From NCBI GenBank assembly GCA_963674705.1, contig OY771506.1, forward strand, positions 1,952,001-2,016,000: a stretch of 64,000 nt of DNA, written 5' to 3'. A program made the position numbers and the translations under genes. Below are positions 29,006 through 39,137 of the stretch, piece by piece; position 1 is the first letter of the stretch; each line of letters begins with the position of its first letter. The DNA is from Phycisphaeraceae bacterium. GTDB lineage: Bacteria; Planctomycetota; Phycisphaerae; Phycisphaerales; Phycisphaeraceae. Below the pieces are notes generated by a model, which saw only the letters and a program-made list of their open reading frames with translations, was not told where the DNA came from and did not search any database.

Positions 29006-29890
29006 TTAAGGCTTTGTCGTTTTAGAAGGCGTTGTCTTATTAGAGGCCTTTGGTTTTGGCTTTACGGCAGTATTCGTTTTTGTAGTTGTCTTCTTAGTAG
29101 AATGGACACACTTATGATTACGATGTTTTAATACTTCGCATAGAGCATCGAATGAATGGTCAGTATGATAAAGTGTCCATGTAGGTGCCTGTTCAATGGA
29201 TATAAATACATCTCCGGCCTTTTGACATGCTAGCTTTGGACAGCCTGTTTTAGAGGTGCAACTGGCTTCAAAAGCTGGGATTTGGTTCGACTGTATAGAT
29301 TGGAAGGCTTTCTTTGCAGGATATGAAACTGATGGGATCGGTGCACTCTTAATTCGTTTGTATTTACTGTTCTGTTTTAATGGTGCGATATTACATCCCA
29401 CGTCATCTTCAGTAAAACGGTCATAGAAATCATTAAGAATATCGTGAGTACCTCGTAGTGAAAGATCAAGCTGAATTTCTCCTCGCTTACATCTTGTCTT
29501 TGGAGGTATATACTTATTGAACAAGGTGTCGTATCGTATGGCCGATTGAAGAACGAGTATGCCGAACTGTTCAATGGGCTCGTCTGGTGGGTTTGCTAGA
29601 ATCTGTGCCACATAAGTGGCCAGCCATTGCAACAATATGCGGGGTCGACGACTCGAAAATCCGTGTGAGGCGATTTGAATTGCATTTGCGAGCGATCCCC
29701 GTATTCGGGCGTCGCAATAAACCTCGATACCAGTTACAACATACCTTCGAAGAAACTCCATGCGAAGGTACTGGCCGGTCCAATATTCACTGTCTTTCTG
29801 AGTGGGAATCTGATCCGACAGCGGTGGATCTATGGTCCGGTTTAATGCCGCATAAATACAGGAAGTGTCTACTAGTATCTTCTTTGCCAA
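29006..29890 (-). CDS. PIN-domain-like protein (putative nuclease/toxin), low GC
   Basis: N-terminal ILVDTSC; C-terminal GDVFI...LYHTDHSFDAL; Cys-rich insert; TTG start. Confidence 0.6.
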   Translation of the reverse strand: MAKKILVDTSCIYAALNRTIDPPLSDQIPTQKDSEYWTGQYLRMEFLRRYVVTGIEVYCDARIRGSLANAIQIASHGFSSRRPRILLQWLATYVAQILANPPDEPIEQFGILVLQSAIRYDTLFNKYIPPKTRCKRGEIQLDLSLRGTHDILNDFYDRFTEDDVGCNIAPLKQNSKYKRIKSAPIPSVSYPAKKAFQSIQSNQIPAFEASCTSKTGCPKLACQKAGDVFISIEQAPTWTLYHTDHSFDALCEVLKHRNHKCVHSTKKTTTKTNTAVKPKPKASNKTTPSKTTKP

Positions 29891-29904
29891 CTAGCTAACC
29901 TTAA

Positions 29905-30462
29905 TTATGATGTTGCTTCAATGATCAATTTGTCAGCTTTCTTAAGAATATCAAATGTTAGCGGGTGTGGATGTTCGGACGCGTCGGAAAGTAATTCTCG
30001 TACGGGTTCAACAAGTCTATTTGTGGGGCAATCAGTGAAATAGTCGCACTTAACTGCGTCGCGAATAATCTGGAGTAGTGCTGAGAAAGACTCTTCATAT
30101 GGTACATTGCGAAAGATCGGAATCTTATCATTTATACACGTAATGAATCGACTCAAACGAACGGGAAGAGATCGGTCTCCAAAGGACAATACAACGGATT
30201 CCCATTCTCGGATGAGATCTGTAGCGACTCTGCGGCGATCAATAGACCATCTTGCAACAGATTTGCCTTTAAACGTTTCGGGTGAGCTAGATTGAAATGG
30301 AGTGACTCTAGGTGTGTCTACATCAAGGTGGCTTTTGTCTGTTGTGCCTGATGTGGCAGATTCCTGGCGACCTAACGGTGTAGTTCTGTAATCCTCGGTG
30401 GCGGGCAATGCTACAGAGATGACAATATCTGAGGAAGATGTAGTGCCAGTCGGAGTAGTCAT
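29905..30462 (-). CDS. Hypothetical protein with a Ser/Thr-rich N-terminus and helical C-terminus
   Basis: 185-aa low-GC ORF with an ATGA overlap with the upstream gene. Confidence 0.7.
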   Translation of the reverse strand: MTTPTGTTSSSDIVISVALPATEDYRTTPLGRQESATSGTTDKSHLDVDTPRVTPFQSSSPETFKGKSVARWSIDRRRVATDLIREWESVVLSFGDRSLPVRLSRFITCINDKIPIFRNVPYEESFSALLQIIRDAVKCDYFTDCPTNRLVEPVRELLSDASEHPHPLTFDILKKADKLIIEATS

Positions 30463-31205
30463 TCGGGATGCTCCATGATGCGAGCTTTCAACTTATAAAA
30501 CACATCGACGGAATGTTTGAATGCGTCATTTGCAAATGAGCGCCATGAATCAGTACTGGTATCTTTAGTCGAGTGTACATCGTTGTCGTAATAGAAAAAT
30601 ACAGCAGGTACATTCCCCATATACACACCTAATTCATTGTTATCTACTGAAAGATCGAATAGTTCATCAATAGTACCCGTGCTCAATAGCAATCTGCGAC
30701 CTTGAGAGTCCTTCATGGGTCCAACACGAAGGAAGTTTGAGGTGCCATCTCTTGAATAATCCACATGTAATGCTAAATCTTCCACTTCACCGCCAGTTAG
30801 TTCCTCAATTAAACCATTTACAGGAAGACATAGGGGCTTAAGTTGATCACGCAGTTCCTCAAATGTCAGTGCAAGATCAGAGTAAATAGAAACTTTCAAT
30901 CCACGACGCTTGATTGAAGTTACGTGTAAGTAACCAATTGCATCATCAGTGAAGCCGATAAGTTGGCGTATATTCTCTATGGATACCTCACCACTAAAAG
31001 CTGCTTCGAACATTACGCGATGATCCGAAATACGCAATGATTGATGCTTTTCGCGATCGTACAACACGGTAGTCGTAGAATCTGATTTCCAGTCTGGGAA
31101 ATGATTAGAAAGCTCACAAGCTGCTGTTTCTCGCCGCATTGAGATGTTCAAAGTAGGCGAAAAGTCAACAGCTCCCCAAACGCGAATCAAATTGCCGGAA
31201 ACCAT
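30459..31205 (-). CDS. Hypothetical protein, tentatively TIGR04255-like
   Basis: 248 aa from ATG 31205 (the longer ORF-track start lies inside the IS); SIKRRGLKV and FFYYDNDV pattern. The family call is by eye only. Confidence 0.55.
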   Translation of the reverse strand: MVSGNLIRVWGAVDFSPTLNISMRRETAACELSNHFPDWKSDSTTTVLYDREKHQSLRISDHRVMFEAAFSGEVSIENIRQLIGFTDDAIGYLHVTSIKRRGLKVSIYSDLALTFEELRDQLKPLCLPVNGLIEELTGGEVEDLALHVDYSRDGTSNFLRVGPMKDSQGRRLLLSTGTIDELFDLSVDNNELGVYMGNVPAVFFYYDNDVHSTKDTSTDSWRSFANDAFKHSVDVFYKLKARIMEHPE

Positions 31206-31280
31206 ATTGGAACAGAGCTGGTCCCCAAATCTTGGACAGCCGGTTAAAGTGGGCTGGTCTGCAGATTTGAAAGGACTTAC

Positions 31281-31565
31281 TTGATGAGCAAGCGACGACG
31301 ATTTACGGCTGAATTCAAGGCGAAGGTGGCGCTGGAGGCGCTGCGTGGCGAGTTGACGGTGGCGGAGATCGCCAAGAAGTACGACGTGCATCCGAACATG
31401 ATCGGCGGGTGGAAGAAGCTGCTGGCACAGGAGGCGGCCCAGCTTTTTGCCCGTGGCGGCGGCAAGGACCCGCAGGCATCCGACGAGCAGATCAAAGAGC
31501 TGCACGCGAAGATCGGCGAGCTGACCATCGAGAAGGACTTTTTAAAAAAAGGGTTGGGGCTTTGA
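31281..31565 (+). CDS. IS3-family transposase OrfA
   Basis: RRRFTAEFKAKVALEAL HTH and LHAKIGELTIEKDFL zipper. Confidence 0.92.
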   Translation: MMSKRRRFTAEFKAKVALEALRGELTVAEIAKKYDVHPNMIGGWKKLLAQEAAQLFARGGGKDPQASDEQIKELHAKIGELTIEKDFLKKGLGL

Positions 31566-32425
31566 GCCACGGCCGCCGCTGCGACATGGTCGAACCCAAG
31601 CACCCCGAGCTGAGCATCGTGCGTCAGTGTGGGCTGGTGTCGATCAGCCGATCGTCGTTTTACTTTTCAGGCAAAGGCGAGAGCCCGTTGAACCTGAAGC
31701 TGATGCGTCTGATCGACCGACAGTTCCTGTGCACGCCGTTCTACGGCAGCCGGCAGATGATGCGTTGGTTGCGTCGGCTTGGCTACAACGTCGGCCGCAA
31801 GCGTGTGCGTCGATTGATGCGCCAGATGGGTTTGACGCCGATCTACCAGGCCCCGAAGACCAGCGTCAAATGCCTTGAAAACAAGGTGTATCCGTACCTG
31901 CTGCGGAATCTGAAGATTGATCAGCCGGGTCATGTGTGGTGCGCCGACATCACATACATCCCGATGCGACGCGGCTTTTTGTACCTCGTTGCGGTCATGG
32001 ACTGGCACAGCAGGAAGGTGCTGGCCTGGCGATTGAGCAACACGATGGAAGCGTCATTCTGCGTCGAGGCGTTGGAAGAAGCGCTGAGCAAGCACGGCCC
32101 GCCGCAGATCATCAACACCGATCAGGGCAGCCAGTTCACCGGCCTGGAATGGACCGAAACAGTGAAGAGCGCGGGCGCGAAGGTATCGATGGACGGCAAA
32201 GGCCGATGGATGGACAACGTGTTCATCGAACGTCTGTGGCGGAGCCTGAAGTACGAATGCGTGTACCTGCACGCGTGGGACAGAGGCAGCGAAGCTCGCG
32301 CCGGGATCAATGAATGGCTGCGGTTCTACAACACCGAGCGTCCGCACTCGACACTCGCTGGACGGACGCCGGACGAAGCGTATGATGGAAAACCTATAAC
32401 CGGACCGCCGCTGGCCGCGGCATAA
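31409..32425 (+). CDS. IS3-family transposase OrfB (DDE), likely made by -1 frameshift at AAAAAAG 31545-31551
   Basis: WCADITY, NTDQGSQF and DNVFIERLWRSLKYE motifs. Confidence 0.92.
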   Translation: MEEAAGTGGGPAFCPWRRQGPAGIRRADQRAAREDRRADHREGLFKKRVGALSHGRRCDMVEPKHPELSIVRQCGLVSISRSSFYFSGKGESPLNLKLMRLIDRQFLCTPFYGSRQMMRWLRRLGYNVGRKRVRRLMRQMGLTPIYQAPKTSVKCLENKVYPYLLRNLKIDQPGHVWCADITYIPMRRGFLYLVAVMDWHSRKVLAWRLSNTMEASFCVEALEEALSKHGPPQIINTDQGSQFTGLEWTETVKSAGAKVSMDGKGRWMDNVFIERLWRSLKYECVYLHAWDRGSEARAGINEWLRFYNTERPHSTLAGRTPDEAYDGKPITGPPLAAA

Positions 32426-32885
32426 ACCCGTTGGCCCACCTTATTCAGGCCAACCGGCTGTCCAAGATTTGGGGACCAGCTCTTCTCAATAATCCAGCCT
32501 TCCGGATTAACCTGCAACCACACAATGGACAGACACCGCCGAGGATTCGTGCGTACGCGATTATTGACACGCGGCTAATTTAAAATCATTCCTGATTGTC
32601 TACCCAGACAAACCCTTACATTTCCCAACATATCTATCTGTATCTGTGATACTTGTCATTCTAAACACACGGCCAATAAGTGAAATCTGTTATTGCAGCC
32701 TTTGTTCTTGTTCCTGAAGCGACACGATATGGCACTCGTCAGTACTGATCCGCCGCTGCGATGTAAACCCGGCAATAATCCGCAAGCATAACCACGATTA
32801 TATTCAGACATCACTATCTGTTATATTAGACCGCATTGTTTCGGGTTCCATTTTCAACACATCTCTATTTGAAAGGAGCGACTTG

Positions 32886-34325
32886 ATGTCCAAAGCTCGA
32901 ACCTCCCTCTGTTTCTGCGCGGTGCTGCCGTGGCTCGTAGCCACCACAGCGCTGGCGGACGAAAACCCGCCGCCGCCGGACGCCGGCCTCAAGCAACTGA
33001 TGCAGCGGATCGACAATCAGCAGGCCCAGATCGAAGCGATGCGAACACGACTGACCGAAGTCGAAGCCGACAACGCGCGCCTGCGTGCCGATCAAAACGG
33101 CACCTGGCTGACCGAACAGCGCGAAGTGCAGCTTCGTCAGTTGATCAACGAAGTGATCTCGGACGCCGATGCTCGCACCAGCATGCTCGACGACAACATG
33201 ACCGCCGGCTGGGACGGCAACTTCTTCCTTAAAAGCAGCGACAACAGCTTCCTGCTTAACGTCTCAGGTCAGATGCAGTCACGGTTCATGCTGTCCACCT
33301 CGGACAACGCCTACGACGGCGCTACCTCTTCCGATCTGGACAACACACGCCACGGCTTCGAGATGACGCGCATCCGACTGATGTACACCGGGCACGTCAT
33401 CGATCCAACCTGGCGCTACGGCGTGCAGCATGGCTTCAACCAGAACGGCGACAGCCTGCTCCTGGATGCATGGGTCGACAAAGACCTCGGCGACGGCTGG
33501 GCCCTACGCTTCGGCCAATTCAAAACGCCTCTGCTGCATGAGTTCCTGGTCTCGACAAAGAAGCAGCTCTTCGTTGAACGCTCGCACATGGCACAAGCAC
33601 TATCCGGCAGGTACACACAAGGCGTCATGCTCACGAAGCGGACCGACGAGCTGAACCTGTCGCTGGCGCTTAGCGATGGATTGAACGCCGCCAACTCTTC
33701 TTACAGTTCAGAAGGGGTCGAAGGCGTTGCCGTCACCAGCCGCGCCGAGTGGCTTGCGGTAGGCGATAGCTGGAAACCCTACAACGATCTGACCAGTTGG
33801 CCCGATGGCAAGCCCATGGTTGTGATCGGCGGCGCGGGACACTTCCAGCAAGGCGAATACGGCACCGGCGGCACAACCCTGAGCACCGGCGACGAAGCAA
33901 CGACGTATCGCTGGGCCGTCGACACCACGATCGAAAACGGCGGATCGACGTTCCTCATCGCTTTCGTCGGCGACCACGTCCGCGATGCAGACCTTGTGGA
34001 AGATCGCGATGCCTACGAACTGCTCGTGCAGGCCGGTGTATTCGTTACCGAAGACTTCGAACTGATCGGCCGGTACGAATGGGGCAACCTCGATGTCGAT
34101 GGCGTCGAAGACCTCAGCATACTGACCGTCGGCTTCAACAAGTACATCTCCGGACATGCCTTGAAGTGGACCACCGATGTGGGTTACTCATTCAACGCGC
34201 TCAACCGTGTCAAGGTCAACGGCAACACGTTCGGCTACCCGATCGAGTTCCAGGGATGGCGCCCGGATGCTTCCGACTCAGACGGTCAGATTGTCCTGCG
34301 CTCGCAATTGCAGTTACTCTTTTAA
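32886..34325 (+). CDS. Outer-membrane porin (OprO/P-like) with an N-terminal coiled coil
   Basis: Signal peptide, coiled coil, FGQFKTP motif, beta-strand pattern, C-terminal Phe (QLQLLF). Confidence 0.85.
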   Translation: MSKARTSLCFCAVLPWLVATTALADENPPPPDAGLKQLMQRIDNQQAQIEAMRTRLTEVEADNARLRADQNGTWLTEQREVQLRQLINEVISDADARTSMLDDNMTAGWDGNFFLKSSDNSFLLNVSGQMQSRFMLSTSDNAYDGATSSDLDNTRHGFEMTRIRLMYTGHVIDPTWRYGVQHGFNQNGDSLLLDAWVDKDLGDGWALRFGQFKTPLLHEFLVSTKKQLFVERSHMAQALSGRYTQGVMLTKRTDELNLSLALSDGLNAANSSYSSEGVEGVAVTSRAEWLAVGDSWKPYNDLTSWPDGKPMVVIGGAGHFQQGEYGTGGTTLSTGDEATTYRWAVDTTIENGGSTFLIAFVGDHVRDADLVEDRDAYELLVQAGVFVTEDFELIGRYEWGNLDVDGVEDLSILTVGFNKYISGHALKWTTDVGYSFNALNRVKVNGNTFGYPIEFQGWRPDASDSDGQIVLRSQLQLLF

Positions 34326-34489
34326 CCAAACAGGAAAGACGTAAAGACCATGTTGCATGGACTTGAAATCCTGACTTACCAGTGACTCCGCTGCCTTCGG
34401 CGGGGCATGGTGTCCCGCGATCAGCACGTCACCTAGCGGCGACGCCGACTGTGGGCCTCCCCTCAGCGCGCGTTGCCGAGGAGGCTCAC

Positions 34490-35668
34490 ATGCCTAAGTA
34501 CATTTTGTTTCTATGTCTGTTTGCCGTAGCCCTCGTCGGCTGCGACAACAAACAACCCCCTGAAAACCAGGAAACCTCAACACAATCCCAGGCCGCGCAG
34601 GATCAACCGCTGCTGTTGCGCGTCGGCCACGTCGGCCACGACCATCACCTCGCGCTCTATGTCGCCGCATTACAAAGTGAACGCTTCAAAGCGGATTACG
34701 ACCTCTACCTCAAGCCGGTCAAAGATCGTGAGGTCTACGAGCTTATCGAAGCGGACCACACCGTCGCGCGACTGCAACTGTTAAAAGTCGGAGGCGGATC
34801 TAAGATGCCCGCCGCGATGAGCCGGGGCGAGATCGACATCGGCCTCGGCGGCGTGACCGCGGTCGCCGCGTTTGCCGACGAGGGTGAACCCTTCAAAATC
34901 CTCTGCCCCTTGCAGACGGATGGTGACATGCTTGTCATGCTGCCGGATTCACCTGCCGAAGACTGGGCATCGTTCGTCAAACTCGCACGTGAATCGGATA
35001 AACCCCTGCGCATCGGCTACAAAGCGCCGGTCGCGGTGGCGAAGCTGATATTCGAGCGTGCCTTGCAGGCTGAAGGGCTCAAGTACACGCTTGATGCCGG
35101 CGACGACGACATTGACATCGTCCTCATCAACTTCGGCTCCGAAGCCGGTCCCATCCCGTTGATGGAGCGCGGCGAACTGGACGGCTACGTCATGAATCAA
35201 CCCGGCGTGGCGATGGCGGTTCATAAAGGCGTCGGCAAAGTCATAGCGCAACTGCGCGACCTGCCTCCCGCCGGGCAGTGGGTGGACCACCCCTGCTGCT
35301 GCGTGACCGCAACCGAAACGACAATGGCAGAGCATCACGAACCGTTGGTAGCGTTTCTCAAGCTGCTCTTGCTTTCGACGCAACTGATCCAGGATGAGCC
35401 ACAGTTAGCAATCGACTCCGCGGTCACATGGGCAAAGAACCCGCGCGAAGTGGAGCAGCAATCGATCCCGACGATCAGCTACGTCTGCGAGCCGACCGAA
35501 TCGTGGCTTGCCGGCATGCGAACGTGGGCCCAGATGGCTGAAGATATCGACCTGTTCAAGGATCGCTACGCCGAAGTCTCGCCGCAGCAGTTCGTGGACG
35601 ACTTATGCGATCTATCCATCGTGAACGCAGCGATGAAAGACTTGCGTGACCGCGGTATGCTTCAGTAG
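34490..35668 (+). CDS. NitT/TauT-family ABC substrate-binding lipoprotein with His/Cys-rich motifs
   Basis: Lipobox LVGC; RVGHVGHDHHLAL, GEIDIG and HPCCCV motifs; GGAGG RBS before 34490. Confidence 0.85.
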   Translation: MPKYILFLCLFAVALVGCDNKQPPENQETSTQSQAAQDQPLLLRVGHVGHDHHLALYVAALQSERFKADYDLYLKPVKDREVYELIEADHTVARLQLLKVGGGSKMPAAMSRGEIDIGLGGVTAVAAFADEGEPFKILCPLQTDGDMLVMLPDSPAEDWASFVKLARESDKPLRIGYKAPVAVAKLIFERALQAEGLKYTLDAGDDDIDIVLINFGSEAGPIPLMERGELDGYVMNQPGVAMAVHKGVGKVIAQLRDLPPAGQWVDHPCCCVTATETTMAEHHEPLVAFLKLLLLSTQLIQDEPQLAIDSAVTWAKNPREVEQQSIPTISYVCEPTESWLAGMRTWAQMAEDIDLFKDRYAEVSPQQFVDDLCDLSIVNAAMKDLRDRGMLQ

Positions 35669-35680
35669 AAAGTAAGTTCT

Positions 35681-36523
35681 ATGTCAGTTTCACGTCAGGC
35701 TTCGAGGATCGCGCTGGGGTTAGTCATCCCCTGCGCGGTTCTCGTGGTCTGGCACTTCGCATCACGCCACAGCGCGGTGGTCCCGTCGGTCGCATCGGTC
35801 GTTAATGTATTGATACATCCCTGGCAATCACCGCCGACGCTTGACTCGACATCGCTGGCATCGGGCGCGTTGATCAGCGTGCTGCGCGTCGCGTGTGGAT
35901 TCACGCTTGCGGCAATCACCGCTGTGCCCATCGGTTTGATCGTCGGGCGCAACCGCACCGCGCGCGACATACTCAACCCCGTCATCGCCGCCGCAATGGT
36001 CATCAGCCCGATCGCCTGGATACCCGTCGCGATCATCGTCTTCGGATTATCGAGCCCGGCCTCGAGTATGTACGGCGACGAAGCATGGCGCTACGGGATG
36101 TTTGACCAACTGCGCTACGCGATCATCGCAGTCATCTGGATGGGCGCGTTCTTCCCGATCGTACTCGACACCGCGGCAGGCGCCTCATCCGTTCGTGAAG
36201 CGCATCTCGAAGCGGTGCAGGTCTACGGCGCAACTCGTATGCAACGATTGCGCTTCGTTATCCTGCCCGCCGCTGCGCCCGCGATCGTCACCGGCCTGCG
36301 CGTCGGCGGCGGCATCGCGTGGCGCGTCATCATCGCCGCCGAAATCTTCCCCGGAACACGTAGTGGGCTCGGTTACATGATTACCACCGCACACGATCAG
36401 GCCGCCTACGAATACGCCTTCGCCTCGATCATCGTCATCGGTGCGATCGGCCTGGTCCTCGACGGCCTGTTACGCCTCGCCGCACACCGGGTCACACGAT
36501 GGCAGGTCAAGGAGCGCTCGTGA
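35681..36523 (+). CDS. NitT/TauT-family ABC permease
   Basis: ISPIAWIP, GLRVGGGIAWRVIIAAE and GLGYMI motifs. Confidence 0.92.
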   Translation: MSVSRQASRIALGLVIPCAVLVVWHFASRHSAVVPSVASVVNVLIHPWQSPPTLDSTSLASGALISVLRVACGFTLAAITAVPIGLIVGRNRTARDILNPVIAAAMVISPIAWIPVAIIVFGLSSPASSMYGDEAWRYGMFDQLRYAIIAVIWMGAFFPIVLDTAAGASSVREAHLEAVQVYGATRMQRLRFVILPAAAPAIVTGLRVGGGIAWRVIIAAEIFPGTRSGLGYMITTAHDQAAYEYAFASIIVIGAIGLVLDGLLRLAAHRVTRWQVKERS

Positions 36524-37305
36524 ACGATCAAAACGACATGATCCGATTCGAGCAGGTCGACCGCCACTTCCACACCGAGGCGCGCGGCGAGGTCCGGGCG
36601 CTGCGCCGGTTCGACATGACCGCAAAACGAGGCAACCTGACTTGCGTGCTCGGTCCGTCGGGCTGCGGCAAGACAACACTGCTGCGCCTCGCCGCGGGAC
36701 TGGATAAACCCGACGGCGGACGCGTGTTTCTTAATGGTCAAGCTGTAAACGGGCCGGCGAAGAATATCAGCCTCATGTCGCAGGAAGGTTCGTTACTTCC
36801 CTGGCGAAGCGTGCGTGGCAACATCGCACTGGGTTTGCAGGTGCAGGGCGTCGGCCGCGCTGCAAGGCGCAAACGCGCAGAAGCGTTATTGCAGCGCGTG
36901 CATCTACCAACCAACGTTGGCCGCAGTTATCCGCACGAGTTGTCGGGCGGGATGCGCAGGCGCGTCGCGCTGGCACGGGCGCTGTGCACGAATCCATCCG
37001 TGTTGCTGATGGATGAGCCGTTCGCAGGCGTGGATGAACCGACGCGCCATCAGTTGCAGAACGAATTGCTCAACGTCTGGTCAGCAGATAAACAGACCAT
37101 TCTCTTCGTAACGCACAGCCTGGAAGAAGCGGTCTACCTGGCGGATCGCGTGATCGTGATGACCTTCGCCCGCGCAGTCGCACAGTTCGAGATCGACCTG
37201 CCCCGACCGCGAAACCGCCTGTCTGAACCGTTCGTCAAGCAACTCGTCGCCGTCCGCGAAGCCCTGGAAGCTTCATCGGAATATAACCAGACGATCAAGC
37301 ACTGA
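36520..37305 (+). CDS. NitT/TauT-family ABC ATP-binding protein
   Basis: GPSGCGKT, LSGGM, LLMDEPF and FVTH motifs. Confidence 0.95.
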   Translation: MNDQNDMIRFEQVDRHFHTEARGEVRALRRFDMTAKRGNLTCVLGPSGCGKTTLLRLAAGLDKPDGGRVFLNGQAVNGPAKNISLMSQEGSLLPWRSVRGNIALGLQVQGVGRAARRKRAEALLQRVHLPTNVGRSYPHELSGGMRRRVALARALCTNPSVLLMDEPFAGVDEPTRHQLQNELLNVWSADKQTILFVTHSLEEAVYLADRVIVMTFARAVAQFEIDLPRPRNRLSEPFVKQLVAVREALEASSEYNQTIKH

Positions 37306-37461
37306 TCTATTGCAATGACAGGTTGCATTAATGCCCACAAGATGCAATCGGTGTACCTCGATCGTCAAAACACCCAAGCCGATCCACCACATACAATCAG
37401 AACAAATCCCCTATTTTATCTGGTAAAACAGTCTATAATGTATAATGAATGACTCGCACAC

Positions 37462-38838
37462 TTGCAGGTAAAGGGGCGAAACTTGGCACATCACATCCGC
37501 CGATTCGCGTTCATCCTCTTCGTTCTCGCTTTGAACAGCGCTGCTTCAGCGCTACAGAACGATGAAGTGTTTTTGTTCTCTTACTTCGACAGCAACGGCG
37601 AGAACGGCGCGTACCTTGCGATGAGTGAAGATGGCAGAACGTTCACCGAACTTAACGGCGGCAACGTTGTCTTCACCCCGCCCGCGTGGTCCGATGGCGA
37701 TGTGCTTACACGCGATCCATCTATCGTGTATCACGATGGCACGTTTAACATGGTGTGGACAAGCGACTGGTGGGGAAACAATTTCGGCACCGCAAGCTCG
37801 ACGGACCTGCTTAACTGGTCGACGCCGGTGCAGGTATTCCCGTTCGATGGTTTTGCTGCTGAAGATCAGCCTTGGAACGTCTGGGCGCCGGAGTTGCATT
37901 ACGACCCGACCAGCGGTGATCACTTTGTTGTCTGGTCTTCCACGACCGATGCAGAACGCTACGACGGTGACGGCAGCGAGGACGGGCACGGCAGCGACCA
38001 CGTCATGTACTACTCCCGCACGAGCGACTTCCAGACCTTCACGCCGGCGGAAGTCTTCTTCGACCAGGGATGGAGCGTGATCGATGGCAGTGCGGCATAC
38101 GACGACCGCGGCACCACCGATACCAGCGACGATCGTTGGGTAATGGTCGTGAAGAACGAACGTTTAGTGACTGACCCGGACCCGTCGGGCAAGAACCTGC
38201 GCTTGACTTATCTCGACAGCACGATCGATTGGAACACGTTTGATTACTCTGATTGGAGTGCTGCGGAAGACCCGATCATCGGGCAAGGCACCGCGATACA
38301 ACCGGTCGATGCCGAAGGACCAATCCTGGTTAAGAACGGCGACGAATGGCTTATTTACTGGGATAAATACGCCAACGGCGACTACGGCCTGGCGTCATCG
38401 ACAGACCTTCAAAACTGGACGGATGAGACCAATAACTTCCAACTGTTCGATTCGTACGGCAACGAGATCACTCACCCACGCCACGGCACGGTCTTCATCG
38501 CGCCGCGCAGCGCGATCAGCTTCGACATCATGTCCTATGCACGCAGCGACCTGAACAACGACGAAGATATCACGCTCGACGATTGGATCATCTTCACCGA
38601 TTACCACCTGGCTGACCTTTCCGGTTTGAGCGATCCATCACTCTTCGGCGACCTCGACGGCGACGGTGACAACGACTACCTCGACTTCCGCCTGTTCCAA
38701 CTCGACTACGATGCCTACAACGGTGCCGGCAGCTTCCAGGCGATGCTCGCCACAGTCCCCGAACCGATGTCCGCTTTGTCGTTCACAGCCGTCGGCCTAA
38801 CCCTCACCAGCCTGCCCCGCCGCCGACGTGTTGGTTGA
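37462..38838 (+). CDS. GH43-like five-bladed beta-propeller hydrolase with EF-hand/dockerin-like region and PEP-CTERM tail
   Basis: TRDPSI, VWAPE, SVIDG, AEGP and RHGT motifs; VPEP tail. Confidence 0.85.
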   Translation: MQVKGRNLAHHIRRFAFILFVLALNSAASALQNDEVFLFSYFDSNGENGAYLAMSEDGRTFTELNGGNVVFTPPAWSDGDVLTRDPSIVYHDGTFNMVWTSDWWGNNFGTASSTDLLNWSTPVQVFPFDGFAAEDQPWNVWAPELHYDPTSGDHFVVWSSTTDAERYDGDGSEDGHGSDHVMYYSRTSDFQTFTPAEVFFDQGWSVIDGSAAYDDRGTTDTSDDRWVMVVKNERLVTDPDPSGKNLRLTYLDSTIDWNTFDYSDWSAAEDPIIGQGTAIQPVDAEGPILVKNGDEWLIYWDKYANGDYGLASSTDLQNWTDETNNFQLFDSYGNEITHPRHGTVFIAPRSAISFDIMSYARSDLNNDEDITLDDWIIFTDYHLADLSGLSDPSLFGDLDGDGDNDYLDFRLFQLDYDAYNGAGSFQAMLATVPEPMSALSFTAVGLTLTSLPRRRRVG

Positions 38839-39137
38839 AGTTGACCCCCTAAACCAATCCCCCGCCGCCCGCAAACGAGCGGGCCCGCAACCCCGACTTA
38901 TCCACCACTCTCCGTGCGCACAGCCTTGTCGCGATCGCCCCCCATGCGCACAAACCCGGTTTTTTTGCCACGCTTGACACCCCCGCCACAGACTTCGGCG
39001 CACAAACACGACGCCCCCATCAAATTTTACTCAAAATTTCCAAATTCACACCCGTCCTCGGACCTCAACCCCGCTCTATCCGCCGCTTCGCACGACCTCG
39101 GATCAGGCAACGATCAATCCCGGATGAAAGATTGGGG

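Larger units (their letters stand above)
31214..32483 (+). mobile_element. IS3-family insertion sequence, copy 1 (1270 bp)
   Basis: 32-bp perfect terminal inverted repeats AGAGCTGGTCCCCAAATCTTGGACAGCCGGTT; orfA and orfB with a slippery A-run. Confidence 0.95.

Noticed and set aside
31206..31505. N-terminal 100 aa of the 348-aa ORF
   Set aside because: It is read-through from the antisense strand of the IS, not native coding sequence.
32790..32830. ModE/NikR-type operator upstream of the porin
   Set aside because: Only a TTATATT direct repeat; no convincing palindrome with the right spacing.
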